From Eledone cirrhosa (lineage: Eukaryota), in NCBI GenBank assembly GCA_964016885.1, contig OZ024740.1, positions 405,418,001 to 405,482,000 on the forward strand: DNA of 64,000 nt, read 5' to 3'. Position 1 is the stretch's first letter. Each line of letters starts with the position of its first letter. Of the stretch, positions 28,801-39,962 are shown in pieces. Under the pieces are notes generated by a model that saw only the letters and a list, made by a program, of their open reading frames with translations, made no database searches and was not told where the DNA came from. The translations under genes and the position numbers were made by a program.

Positions 28801-31800
28801 GTATCTGTTCTGGCTCTGCATGTCCTGAGTTTAAATCCCACCTCATGTCACTGGAAAAACTGATATTTCTGCTAGAAGTTATGCCCAACAGATAGTGTAC
28901 CTCTTCTCCAATAGACTAGCCTTTCATGAGAAGAAATTGACTTGAAAATGCAATCACTAATATTCTCAAATATCAATTGAAATGTTTCCTATCCTGCTAT
29001 AAACAGAGATAACGATTAGAAAAGAGTGCTTGACTGGTACTTATCTTATCAACGCCAGTAGTTAAAACTCAAATGTAAAAAGACATAACAAAATACAATA
29101 AAGACCTGTTAGTAATAGCAACCAAATCTTTTACAAATCACATCTTGTTCATATTAAATATGAGGACACATTAAGTAATATAATCCTAGACACATTGCAA
29201 TAAAATAATGTAGTCTTGTATATTAGAAAGATAGATGGTCATAGTTAGAAGGCTTTCATCAAAATTCTATTCAATCAGAGCTGGCTTGCAGCTAATTAAC
29301 AGCCATGTTTCCAGCTCCATGTCATGGAAACACAAACTTTCCTATTTCATTTACACTCCATGTCATGGATACACAAACTTTCCTATTTCATTTACACTCT
29401 TCATATATTTCACCATTCACCTTCTTACACTGATACAAAAACATACACTAAATAATTATTGTATATAAAAGCACATCACCGATAAAACACTTTTTCCCTT
29501 AACCTTCTTGCTCCCATGCAAAATTGTACACTAAATAATTTCTTTATATATATGAAAACACACATCGCTACCAAAATGCTATCTTTAATATAGAATGTTA
29601 GTACTAGTTTTATTTTAATTAATTTATTTTTCTTTTCCCTCTTGTTATTCTTCTTTTAATTTATTAAATTTAGTTTTATAACTATTCAAAATAAGGACAG
29701 TTCAAATAAGAAGCACTTCTTTAATATCATACATTTTTATCTTTGATTTCCTTCTCATACTTTGAAAAAGCCATTTCTTGTTTTCAAGTATTTCACATAA
29801 AAGATATAAATTATATCCACAAAACAAATACTTTAAACTTTTTAAATAAGTACTTCAGTTTCAATTCTTATCTACATACACTTTTCATGAGTTGTAGTGC
29901 ACCTGAGCACTGTACACAATATTTTCATTATTATCATTATTATCTAATTCAACTTCCTTAATAAGAATACAATTTCCGTTCACCTTTAGACCTCTGATAA
30001 TACTAATCAGTATGAGATTTAATTTGAAAAATATTCACACCTTATCTGTAGTCAATATATTACTTCCAGCCAAAATAAGTTGTTCAACAATTCTGTTATG
30101 ACCTTGAGAAGCAGCCAGCATTAGAGGGGTTTTTCCTTCCTTCAACAAAAACAAACAAAAAAATGCTTTTAATAAATAATTATTTAATAACAATTTACCC
30201 TTTTGATACTTGCCTGTCTGAAACTGCCTATAATCTTATAATATAAAACCTCTAATTGTAAAGAGCTCATACTTAAATTCAAACCTTTTGTTATAATTTG
30301 AAGAAACTTTTTCATTAAGATATGTTGTTAACACTATTTTAATAATGAAAATTTCAATTATTTTACAAAATCCTTCAAATTATTTTTATTATTTTAAAAA
30401 TTTATTGTATCGTATGGATAGCATATTTCATTCAAAATATGGTAATAAAAAAGTTAAGAGATATTATCATAATTTTACTTACACTTTCCATGTCAAAATT
30501 TGAGTCAGTTCTTGTTCAGAGTTATTGCCTACCTTTATGTCATTTTGGCAAGGTTTCAATAACTAGATGCCTTCCCTATTGCCAACACAGAGGTTATCAT
30601 GTTCTCAACAAGACTAGGGTCCTGTCTAACTTATGATGTCACCGTTCAATCGTCAACCACTTTACACAGTGTACTAAGTACATTTTAGTGCTGTGCCAGC
30701 ATTAGGGCAGTTTTCATGTTCTTGACAAGATTAAATAATTTTTTTCAAATTCTTGATTATTTGAAATAAATAGGCAGTCTTTCATAAGAAATAGAGTAAC
30801 AAGAGGTTTAATGTTTACATTGAAAACTTTTTAGGCTGTTATTCCTAAATCATTTTAAAATTAAGTAGTACTTACAGTGTCACATGCATTCACTGAAGCA
30901 CCATTATTAATCAATAACAAGACACATTTCTCCCACTGCACTTCAACTGCCAAATGAAGAAGTGTTTTGCCTTGCTGAAAGATCATATTCATACACAAAA
31001 AAATCAAAAGAAAGTAAAACAGCTTTATTAAACAAATCACAAATATTAACACAGAGGTTCTCATGGCCCCGTAATACCCTCGGGGCCCCAACCCTATTTA
31101 TAGAGAGACCTGCCTACACGCAAATTGTAAATACCCTTGGGGCCCCAATCCTATTTATAGAGAGACCTGCCTACACGCAAATTGTAAATACCCTTGGGGC
31201 CCCAATCCTATTTATAGAGAGACCTGCCTACACGCAAATTGTAAATACCCTTGGGGCCCCAATCCTATTTATAGAGAGACCTGCCTACACGCAAATTGTA
31301 AATACCCTCGGGGCCCCAACCCTATTTATAGAGAGACCTGCCTACACGCAAATTGTAAATACCCTTGGGGCCCCAATCCTATTTATAGAGAGACCTGCCT
31401 ACACGCAAATTGTAAATACCCTCGGGGCCCCAACCCTATTTATAGAGAGACCTGCCTACACGCAAATTGTAAATACCCTCGGGGCCCCAACCCTATTTAT
31501 AGAGAGACCTGCCTACACGCAAATTGTAAATACCCTCGGGGCCCCAACCCTATTTATAGAGAGACCTGCCTACATGCAAATTGTAAATCTCCTCGGGGCC
31601 CCAACCCTATTTATAGAGAGACCTGCCTACATGCAAATTGTAAATCTCCTTATAATATATAACCAGCAATTTCTCTGTCTGTCTGTCTGACAGTGGAAAC
31701 ACGTGCGCACGTGGTTGCTATCTCTCTCTCTCTCCAGCTATCCCTCTCTTTTAGTCTGTCTGTTTCTCTCACTCTCACTCTTTCTCTTTGTAACACACTA

Positions 31801-32418
31801 ACATTCCTCCCCTCTATCGCTGTGACGAATGGGGAGATGAAGGAGGAGGGGGAGGAGGAGGAGGAGGAGGAGGAGAGAGTCACTTCGTCACTTCACCTCT
31901 GCCTTTCTCTCCCCTCTCACTCCCTCATTACGTACAGACATTAGGGCGGTAGATCGGCAGAATCTGTAGAGAGTCGGACACCATGCTTCATAGCATGGAG
32001 TTACGTCCCTTTACGGTCTGAGTTCAAATACCGCCGAGGTTAACTTTGCCTTTCATCCTCACGGGGTCAATAAAATAAAGTACCAGTAATGTACTGGGTA
32101 ATTGCTGGCCTTGTGCCAAAAGTAGAAACAATTATTAGAAACATTGCTTCATTTTTACATATCTAACCATTAGTAAAATAACTAATAATTTCAAAAGTAA
32201 TTTTTCAATTCCAATTGTTATGAACAGCAAAACATTAATAATAATTTTCTTCTAAGAAATATATATACATTTCTGTGTGTGTAATATATATATATATACA
32301 CACACAGAAATATATATATACATTTCTGTGTGTGTAATATATATATATACACACAGAAATATATATACATTTCTGTGTGTGTAATATATATATATATATA
32401 TACATTTCTGTGTGTGTA

Positions 32419-32449
<31 letters not shown>

Positions 32450-35400
32450 GAAATATATGGGCATTTCTCTGTCTGTCTGTCTGTCCTTCCTTAAAACTCA
32501 AATGTAGGTGCTACAGAAATATTACCTTCCCCTTCCTTTCTCCACTTTGGTACTACCAAGAGAAACACTGTCGCTATAGAAACATTATCTTCCCCTCTCC
32601 ACTGACTTTGGTCACTGAGGCCGAGGGAATCGCTGGTTGCTATAGAGACACCTTGCACAAGCCAGAAGTAACCAGTTCAAGGCGGTTCTGACTTGACACC
32701 ATGCCAAGTCTACTTATAATATATAATGGGCATTTCTCTGTTTGTTTGTCTGTCTGTCCGTCTGTAAAAAATGCCAAGGAAACAAATAGACGCGGTTTCA
32801 AATCTCTATGCTTTTCAAATTCATTACATTAATCTTTATTTATACGTTTCACTTTACGAGTGTTTCGACTTACGAGTGTTTCGGCTTATCATTATATATA
32901 AACGTTTCTATTTCCATCGTTTTATCGTAAACGTTTATATATTTCCATCATTTTATCGTAAACGTTTATATATTTCCATCGTTTTATCGTAAACGCTTAT
33001 ATATTTCCATCGTTATATCATAACGTTTATATTTCCGTCACTAATCTCTTTTTCTCCTTTTTCGTTTTAACATATATTTATTTCAAAGATTTCACCGTAT
33101 AGATAACATATATATTTATACATGCATAAAAGACACACCGAGAGACGGTGAACATGTGGTGCCGAAAACATTTCTCATCCAAATCTCAACAATATCAGTA
33201 TATACACTAGATTTGCTAGCAGAAAACCGCCCAGAGGGTGGTTTTCTGCTAGTCTATATATATAAAACTGAGGATGTCTGTGTGTGTGTGAGTTCGAATC
33301 CCTAAAACTCGAGAAACACCCAACCGACTCTTTTCAATCTTTACACATGTAATACTTATGTTTCAGGGAGTGTTCTGAGCAAAGAAAATTTCAAATTTTC
33401 AATGCCCTAGGGACCGCATTAGGCGATTTAGCGATCTCTATCTATAATTCTTAGTCTTTCTCTTTTTAGATAGATACATACATATAACGTCGCGCCCTTA
33501 TAATATCTGTCTGTATGTCTGATGTCTGCATTACGTCAGCAATACTAAGCTTAGCTAAGCTTAGCTAAGGCGGTTATATATTTCACACAACACTAAAAAT
33601 GAAAGCCGGTAACTATGTATTAGTCAGTCTTTTCTTCATACCGTGAGCAAAGAAAATTCAACTTTTAGTGGAGAGAGTTAAATAAAGTCGACCCTGTTGC
33701 GATTCAAAAATCAGGTTTGCAGGTTATATATTTCACACAACACTAAAAATTAAAGGCGGTAAAGAAAAACATCGCTGTAATAGCTTCAGTTTGCTTACTT
33801 ACGTGCCTTTACGAGAACAAAAGTTACTATTTTACCGCTTAGTATTGTAGAGAAGCACCAAACCGACTGTTTTCAAACTTTACACATGTAATACTTATGT
33901 TTCAGGGAGTGTTCTGAGCAAAACAAATTTCAAATTTTCAATGCCCTAGGGACCGCATTAGGCGATTTAGTGATCTCTCTCTATAATTCTTAGTCTTTCT
34001 CTTTTTAGATAGATACATATAACGTTGCGCCCTTATAATATCTGTCCGTATGTCTGGCTGTCTGCATTACGTCACTTCCCTGAGGATGTCTGTGTGTGTG
34101 TTTGAGTTTGAATCCCTAAAACTCGAGAAGTACCCACCTGATTTTTTTCAAACTTTACATGTGTATTACTTATGTTTCAGGGAGTGTTATGCACATAAAA
34201 TTAACTTTTTTTTTATCTCTTAGGGCCTGCATTAGGTGAAAAACTGCGTTTTTAAAGATTTTTAGGGGTTTTTTGAGGCGTTACATTAGACCGATTTCCT
34301 TGAAATTGTAACTATGTATTAGTCAGTCTCTTCTTCATACCGTAAGCAAAGAAAATCCAACTTTCTTATGGCCTAGGGCCTGCATTAAGTGAAAAACTTC
34401 ATTTTTTCAGCTTCTTAGGGCTTTTTGGAGGTGTTACATCTAGCCGATTTTCCCGAAATTTAAAGGCATATTATGCACATAAAAAATATTCATTTTCTTG
34501 ATCCCCTAGGGCCCGCATTAGGTGAAAACCTGCATTTTTCCTGCTTCATCGAGGAAAATCTTAAAGATTATCCAGCCATCAGAGTATTCGGTTAATTTTC
34601 TTTACATATTGTCCAGGCATGCAGTTTTTCCCCGATTAGGTCTGTTGGCGGCCCGCGTTCCAAAATACCTAATCCCGTGCAACGCCAGGTACCGCTGCTA
34701 GTATATAATAAATAAAATCATTAATTTATATATAATAAATACTATAATATATACTATGTATAAATAAATATTACATATTTTTTTATTTTTCTATATTTAT
34801 ATTTAATATGTATCATTTTATATTTAATATACTATTATATCATCTCTACTACCCCCTTAGGCCCCAGCACCCCACTGGACTTTTTGAATGCCACCTAGGG
34901 GCGGTAGCACCCACTTTGAGAACCTCTGTATTAACACAAAGTATTAAGTATACAATAGATTAAAAGTTACAAGAATGAAGCTTATAGATGAGGTGTACAG
35001 TTACATAAACCTATACAACTCATGCTGGATTGGAAGAAATTGATGTTAAAATAGATGAAGATGATGGTTGTGGTGATGACAATAATAAAAGAAGTGAGAA
35101 AATCAATGACATTAATGATGATATAGTAAGATTGTTGTTATGAAGAGAAAACCAATTACAAATCCTAGCAACAAAACCAAGACTTATCTCAATGAAATAT
35201 GTCACTAAAATAATTAAATAAAAAGGTTTATCTCACAAGATCTGTTTCAAGTAAACTTGTGCTTTCATTTCTTTGATGCCAGATGATATGAAAAATATTT
35301 GAGTCCTTAACCATTATAGCTTTCATTAGAGCAGTTTTTCCATACTGTGGATGGAAAAATAATAGTGTTTAAATTTAAAATTCATAAATGTCTTTAAGTG

Positions 35401-37085
35401 CTTTTCAATTGATACCAAATGAAGAGTCTGAAAGACATACAAGGCAAACAAAACAAAATGTATATGAAAATACATAATAAAGATGAAGGTGTATGTTTCT
35501 CATTATCATTACATATCTGTAATGTCAATTAAATACATCCACCAGTTTCTCTGATGCTGAGGTTACTGTAACATCACAGTTAAAAAGATCACAGCTTAAA
35601 ATACTCACAGTGAGACTCTCTAAGGCTTCCTTCAATCATAGCTAATCATGGGTTTACACCTGGATAGTTCTTCAAAATGCAAGCCTGGTCATGTTGTTTT
35701 GTATGCAAGTCTCTCTTCTCCACATCACCGATGTTGTCCAAAGGAAAGGTAAGAGCCAATACAGTTTGGAACCAGTGATGTCAATGGTAAGCTCAGAATG
35801 TAAAGGGCCATAAGAGATAGTACAAGTTATTAAATCCAATGCTCTAACAATTCTGCCAATCCACCAACCAGGATTGATACTTTATAAACTATGAAAGAAT
35901 GAGAGGCAAAGGTGACCACTAGCAGGAGACAAAATGCTGTTTGTTGACTTCAATTCATCAATCTATGGTCCTACACTCCCAAGATAGTTTTGTAGCTTCA
36001 ACCCCCGAGCTTTAGAATTCCATTATGCAATTAAAACATTGCTTTTTATACAGAGTTGAATCTAATAATTAAGCAGGTCATGGCTAGAGTTAATATCCCC
36101 TCCAGCCATATTGTGCAGGATTTATGAGAAAAGGCCAGATGGTCTTACCCTTTGCCCTTAGATTAGAGGTAGAGATATATGCTTCATTTGGTACATCACA
36201 ATTATCAACTCTTTTTGTTGCTCCTTCGCATGTCCTGGATGTGGTGGCAAAGATGATCACTACATCCATAGCTGAACAGATTAAAATTTTAAAATACCAA
36301 CAAACTATTCTTTTCAATTGAGTCAGTGATGTAAGCTGAACTGCTTGCCTTACTGAATAGCATCACCTTATCAGGTAATACCCATGTGGGTGCTTAGTTA
36401 CTCCAGCACCATAACCTCACTATCTTGCCTAAAAAAATTATTAGAGGCTAAATCTGGCAGCCTTTGCAGTTACACGTAATAGAGTGCTTGTTTCCTCTGG
36501 ACCTTTTTATTTTTCCTCATACTGCTTTTGTTTTCTTTCCTCTGATTTCTTTCTGCAAACTGTTAATCTTTTAAAAATGTATGTAAATAAAAGTCAAATT
36601 TAACTCCTATTGAAACTAGTATTTTCTGACCAACAGACATTAGAATAATTATTTCAATATCATACTTACATCATCTCTGATAGAAATATTAGCCCCATTA
36701 CTAATCAAGCACTTGACCAGATCAAAACGTTTGTTTGTAATGGCTTCCACCAAAGCTGTTGCACCATCCTATAGAAAAAGATAAATCCTAACAGATATTA
36801 AATCAAAACAACTCGGCTGTTGCCATTGATGTAAAATAGACAAAAGTAGCTGAATATTGCATGTATACTATGGATAGCTATTTCTCAACTTTAACAACAA
36901 TAGTAACTGTTATTTGAAATATTGTCTTTGGTGTTGATAAGTAACTTGACATAAGTGATAGATAAAAACACCAAGTTTATATTCATAAAATAGCATGATT
37001 TTACGACACATCATATTGGCTTTCATAACCAAATACTTACCTTCTTTAAATACAGAAATAGTAAGGGACTGATTTCATTGTCCAT
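1020..37085 (-). CDS. Multi-exon gene (3' end outside window): ankyrin repeats + long linker + RNase L/IRE1-like pseudokinase
   Basis: 15 exons with AG/GT (one possibly GC) boundaries and compatible phases; TPL/TALH-type ankyrin motifs and kinase motifs DGTELAVK, PKNILI, CWQPSE, KSDIQ. Extra exons between 16.4 and 21.7 kb cannot be excluded. Confidence 0.85.
2376..2850 (+). mobile_element. CR1-like LINE 3' end with (att)n tail and 12-bp tandem repeat at its 5' side
   Basis: RVAEAWNKLPASIVSCRDTASFK; same element inverted at 62950-63290. Confidence 0.7.
2992..3103 (-). CDS. Kinase subdomains VIb-VII exon (PKNILITVYGKLLLSNYGF...)
   Basis: Phase 0-1 exon, ttcag|CCC...G|gtaagt. Confidence 0.9.
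3283..4040. mobile_element. Tandem degenerate piggyBac-like MITE copies
   Basis: ttaa(g/c)cctttt...aaagggttaa ends, shared ctttctcattattaagct core; related pieces near 30190-30455 and 40310-40570. Confidence 0.45.
4361..4549 (-). CDS. Kinase subdomains V-VIb exon (...LCECNLKEYI...LKYLHDNNIVHGRLE)
   Basis: 189-nt phase 0-0 exon; ORF 4136..4546. Confidence 0.92.
5650..5709. repeat. 19-bp perfect inverted repeat (MITE remnant)
   Basis: gccatccagatatcatgtg ... cacatgatatctggatggc. Confidence 0.7.
6198..7223. mobile_element. Non-autonomous DNA transposon with ~170-bp TIRs and GC-rich interior
   Basis: 6198-~6370 is a near-perfect reverse complement of ~7050-7223; subterminal ggacaagaaa x3. Confidence 0.85.
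8742..8892 (-). CDS. Kinase N-lobe exon (GNHFVVVGLLSDGTELAVKLYRANEC...FVVNYK)
   Basis: Phase 2-0 exon, ttcag|...|gtaag; subdomain II AVK lysine. Confidence 0.9.
9430..9870 (+). mobile_element. CR1-like LINE RT fragment
   Basis: KYADDIKLY, LQSDLD...W...WQLKL in ORF 9456..9905. Confidence 0.85.
11622..13714 (-). CDS. ~2.1-kb exon: disordered linker, hexapeptide repeats, pre-kinase segment
   Basis: 660-aa ORF 11618..13600 extended to acceptor ttttatag; donor AG|gtaacc (phase 2) matches the next exon. Confidence 0.88.
12598..13190 (-). repeat. In-frame 18-bp coding tandem repeat: ~19x VTQ(D/N)(L/V)G plus DTSDLN-like and degenerate units
   Basis: Repeated acacctaaatcttgtgtg / acacctacattttgtgtg units. 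Confidence 0.95.
13812..14285 (-). mobile_element. Two adjacent Nin-like SINEs, the second with an internal 22/23-bp tandem expansion
   Basis: SINE consensus; aacaccataaggacgaaa(g)gca x5 at ~14078-14188. Confidence 0.8.
14717..14835 (-). CDS. Small lysine-rich linker exon (VFSCYSFSRT...KKKKEKKSNKVEI)
   Basis: cctgcag acceptor, open frame, CT|gtatgt donor; may be alternative or non-exonic. Confidence 0.5.
15379..16353 (-). CDS. Large exon: helical/basic segment then low-complexity N/K/S/T-rich linker
   Basis: 975-nt phase 0-0 exon, cccctag|ATATGG...GTG|gtaagt; ORF 15334..16281. Confidence 0.85.
16577..16762 (-). mobile_element. Full-length young SINE with 19-bp TSD
   Basis: ttaaggttaaaatgataat at 16558-16576 and 16763-16781; tRNA-like head with gagttcaaatccc B-box. 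Confidence 0.9.
21695..21925 (-). CDS. Exon AAAFHQKDG...SQSIHKK
   Basis: Strong pyrimidine-rich acceptor; best donor AAG|GCAAGT (GC), alternative GT donor at 21671; ORF 21659..22000. Confidence 0.7.
22562..22770 (+). mobile_element. Nin-like tRNA SINE
   Basis: Matches the local SINE consensus. Confidence 0.8.
23110..23400. repeat. ~43-bp minisatellite
   Basis: actatatcccaccagcccggtattctagtcccaacaatatttc, about 6-7 copies. Confidence 0.9.
23680..25055 (-). mobile_element. RTE-clade LINE 3' portion (RT + PHD-like Cys/His cluster + 3' tail with (atg)n)
   Basis: GVHQGSVLSPLLF, LLYDDDL, CSVC...CPKC..WVH..C...C..C in ORF 24177..25166. Confidence 0.88.
25935..26115. repeat. (CAT)n compound microsatellite
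   Basis: Repeated catcaccatcattatctaaat units. Confidence 0.9.
26135..26580. repeat. Degenerate ~29-bp tandem repeat
   Basis: Recurrent ggagctagggtg...tatggcaatgg. Confidence 0.75.
26867..27196 (-). CDS. Exon encoding hydrophobic/helical region (NLLEKIRAPK...AGGPDFFLK)
   Basis: 330-nt phase 0-0 exon, tttttcag|...AAG|gtaat; ORF 26846..27190. Confidence 0.8.
27637..27741 (-). CDS. Ankyrin repeat 5 / capping exon (YEETPICHAYQSLMWCTAQQMLNKLTANECRQYVK)
   Basis: 105-nt phase 0-0 exon, ttttcag|...AAG|gtaac; ETP..HA ankyrin-like start. Confidence 0.8.
30041..30139 (-). CDS. Ankyrin repeat exon 4 (EGKTPLMLAASQGHNRIVEQLILAGSNILTTDK)
   Basis: 99-nt phase 0-0 exon; canonical GxTPLxxAAxxGH ankyrin motif. 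Confidence 0.92.
30876..30974 (-). CDS. Ankyrin repeat exon 3 (QGKTLLHLAVEVQWEKCVLLLINNGASVNACDT)
   Basis: 99-nt phase 0-0 exon, ttcag|...|gtaagt; within ORF 30861..31091. Confidence 0.92.
31071..31650. repeat. 60-bp minisatellite (~9.6 copies)
   Basis: aataccctcggggccccaaccctatttatagagagacctgcctacacgcaaattgtaa, near-identical copies. Confidence 0.95.
31944..32135 (+). mobile_element. Nin-like tRNA SINE
   Basis: ggcggtagatcggcag head, B-box, gcctttcatcct core. Confidence 0.85.
32709..33252 (+). mobile_element. Non-autonomous Helitron-like element
   Basis: 5' TC-tacttataatatataa, (ctgt)n, 3' hairpin gcagaaaaccgccc/gggtggttttctgc ending in CTAG. Confidence 0.7.
33253..34701 (+). mobile_element. 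Non-autonomous Helitron with internal duplications
   Basis: 5' TCTATATATATAAAA, 3' cccgtgcaacgccaggta...CTAG|T; internal repeats 33270-33540, 33860-34075, 34080-34240. Confidence 0.75.
35237..35344 (-). CDS. Ankyrin repeat exon 2 (YGKTALMKAIMVKDSNIFHIIWHQRNESTSLLETDL)
   Basis: 108-nt phase 0-0 exon, ccacag|...|gtgaga; GKTAL motif. Confidence 0.85.
36670..36768 (-). CDS. Ankyrin repeat exon 1 (DGATALVEAITNKRFDLVKCLISNGANISIRDD)
   Basis: 99-nt phase 0-0 exon, ctatag|...|gtaagt, ankyrin consensus. Confidence 0.9.
37041..37085 (-). CDS. Putative first coding exon MDNEISPLLFLYLKK
   Basis: ATG with upstream in-frame TAA; ends in strong donor AAG|GTAAGT, phase 0 matching the next exon. Confidence 0.6.
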
Positions 37086-37559
37086 GTTAATATATATTTA
37101 GCAGAGTTGTTGAGATGTTGTATTGAGCATATGTGTCATTGTGTGTGCGTTGATGTGCGATTACAGTGGAGAAAATAATTAAGACTCCAGAGCATTGAGA
37201 CAGACCAACAAAAACAATGCTGTTAATTTAGATTGCCATGGAATGTAACAGAACCATGTGGTTAACAATAACACAATAGGAATAAGTAAAAATTTAAAAT
37301 AAGGACAGTTATAAGCATAAAAGAGTATTTTGTTGTGATGGCCATATGTTCTTTATATTTCAATATTTAGAGGACAAAAGTGCTTATTTAAAGTAAATCA
37401 ATAGCATTCAGTTTGTACAGTTATGTCAATTAAATTATGAACTCATTTTTTTTACTTAACCTTTACTCAAATGTAATTTCTGGTGACCTCAATGATGCCA
37501 GCATAACTACAGTTTAATGCCCCACTTCAACTTGCTTTCTACTGGGATTTGATTACAGG

Positions 37560-38195
37560 GGTTGACATAATTTCTGAATAATACTGAGATTACAAGAGCA
37601 ATTAAAGAGCTCAAATGTAACAAGGCCGCTGGTGAGGATGAAATTTGGCCTGAGGTGTTAAAACCCTTATAAAAAGAAAGTATTCTCTAGCTGACTCATG
37701 TGTGCTGGGTGACCTAATTATCTGGAAAGGTACCTAAGCAATGGCAATTAGGAGATTGTTCCAATTATAGAGGGATCTTTTTCTTAAGCCTCCCTGGTAA
37801 AGTGTATGCTAAATGTCTGGCAAAGAGATACAGGGAGATTGTCAAGTTCAAGCTAGCTGGTGAATAGTGTGGTTTTCGCCCTGGATGCAGCACAGCCGAC
37901 CAAATATTCACACTACAGGATGTCTTTGAGAAATCGTGGGAATATTACCAAGAAATGTATTCTTGTTTCCAAGACCTCAAAAATGCATACAACTACGTTT
38001 CACAAGACCTGTTGTGGAAGGTTCTGCAGGAGTATGGGATTGGTGGACAGCTTCTTATTGCCCTGATGTGTCTATATGAATACCCAAGTATTTATGTTCG
38101 GATGGTTCTAAATCAAAACCATTCTATGTGGGAGTAAGACTCCGCCAAGGGTGCGTACTGTCACCTCTACTGTTCATAATCTTCATGCACAGGCA
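37560..38195 (+). mobile_element. Degenerate RTE-like LINE RT fragment
   Basis: KAAGEDEI, GFRPGCSTADQIF, DLKNAY, RQGCVLSPLLF with stops and frameshifts. Confidence 0.8.
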
Positions 38196-39132
38196 GGTTG
38201 GAAGTGATATAATGACTAGTGGTTAAGATCAGGCAACTGGAATTAGGAGAGGGGTGGGGAGAAAGAGAAGATGATCATTGTACGCAGTTCCGTTTGTTAA
38301 TACTGAATACTTACTATCCGAGTTTGTAGATGGCTAAATATAAACTTGGAAACTTTTTTTTATCGTGCCTTCCTATTTCATGTTGTTAATGAATAATATT
38401 AATCAAGATAATAGATTTTCAACAGGAACGCATAATCATTTTTTTTTTTTAATTAACATAAACGCTAATCCGCACCTCTGAAAATGTGTGTTTGCCAAAT
38501 TTCATCATGAAGAAACAAATTCGAAGTAGGCTGACAGCACTAAACTATAGTTATGCCATAATGCTGGGTCCGTCTCCAAGGGAGTTTAATGGATGGCACC
38601 CCCCCCCCCCCTCCTTTCCACTGGTGCACCTTCAAATGAAAAAAAAAGCCCCCTCCTCCCTCAACGCTAGTGCAATTTAACCTAGTGACAGGCTTGCATA
38701 ATGCTTTGTTTTCAATTCTCGTTTACAATACCTTAAATAGTAAAATATTGCGAGAGTCAAGTTACATTTAGTAAAGAAAATGTTTCTTTATATCGAAGTA
38801 AATAAACAGCTGTAACAGAAGTTGGAAGTAAAAATTTAATATTTACTGTTGTTCTTTCTTTCAGAGTTACAGAGAAAATATAAGAAAAATTGTTTTAGTA
38901 CTGCATAACATCGCAACCCTTGACGGTGTGGGGAAGCCCATGTTCCGGCCGCCTCTTAATCCCAACGGACAGGATAGAGAAAACGTTGCTGCAGAGGATG
39001 GTGAGGAAGACGCATTGGAATAGCAACTACAATTCGCTCGTATGGGTGACCAACTCCACCCTGAAAGGAGGAAGTAGGTAAGTGATATGTTGACCAAGAA
39101 CGCAGGAAGTCTCCCTTATTACATGTTTGGTG

Positions 39133-39310
39133 GTTTGGCAGTATCGGTAGAGGGTCAGACGCCATGCTTTGCAGCATAGAGTTATGGCCCTTTTCGTTTT
39201 GAGTTCAAATCCGCCTGGGTTAACTTTGCCTTTCATCCTTACGGGGTCGATAAAACCAGTAATGCACTGAGATAATTGCTAGCCTTGTGCCAAAAGTAGA
39301 AACAATTATT
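39133..39310 (+). mobile_element. Nin-like tRNA SINE with TSD
   Basis: ttatt(a/g)catgtttg on both flanks. Confidence 0.85.
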
Positions 39311-39774
39311 GCATGTTTGACGACAAATCTATCGGATACTTCTATAGTTTATGATCTTCGGCTTGACAAGCAGCGAATCCAGTGTTAGTTGCCAGATGTA
39401 CTAGGTTGCTGCTGGAGAAGGTGTCATTACATAGCGTTCCAGATTGAGGTGCTTAATTCAATAAATTAGCAATAAATTATTGTTACTTACGATTACGCTC
39501 TTCTCATTTATGTCCCAGCCAGAAGTTAACAGTTCTTTCAATGTCTCATTCGGGTTATTACTCGTAAGTAAAGCAACCACCTAGAAAGTTTATTATCAAA
39601 TAATAAATATATGAGATTAAATAGAAGTACATATATATAATCAAATTAATTATTGTTAAGAGACTTATAAATATAATATACAAATATATATAATTAAAAC
39701 GAGAAAAAGAAACATCAATTCAACACTAAGTGTTGTGTAATCGGTCACACATCACAAGGGTCAACGGAAATTTT

Positions 39775-39962
39775 TAAGGCAATCCAACACGCTCGCAAGC
39801 ATTAGCGCGGGTGATGGCGAGGCTAAGGCGCGGAAATAATCAGGTACCCTCATGTGCATCACCCGACGCCTTGGTAAGACGAGCCACTAATGATGACAAG
39901 AACTTCGCTGTCAGCGGCTTAGCCCCACCAAACGTCTCGAATACCAGAGGCTGGAAAAATAG
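39775..39962 (-). mobile_element. CRE-clade 3' fragment (restriction-like endonuclease C-terminus)
   Basis: FQPLVFETFGG...LFPRLSLAITRANA on the minus strand. Confidence 0.65.

Noticed and set aside
30962-31690. 242-aa plus-strand ORF of 20-aa repeats
   Set aside because: By-product of a stop-free 60-bp minisatellite, antisense within an intron; also not a CRISPR array because there are no unique spacers.
31944-32040. tRNA gene
   Set aside because: tRNA-like head of a SINE with no cloverleaf; the same applies to the other SINE copies.
34995-35150. Acidic plus-strand stretch (EEIDVKIDEDDGCGDD)
   Set aside because: Decayed (gat)n-like simple sequence without splice or ORF support.
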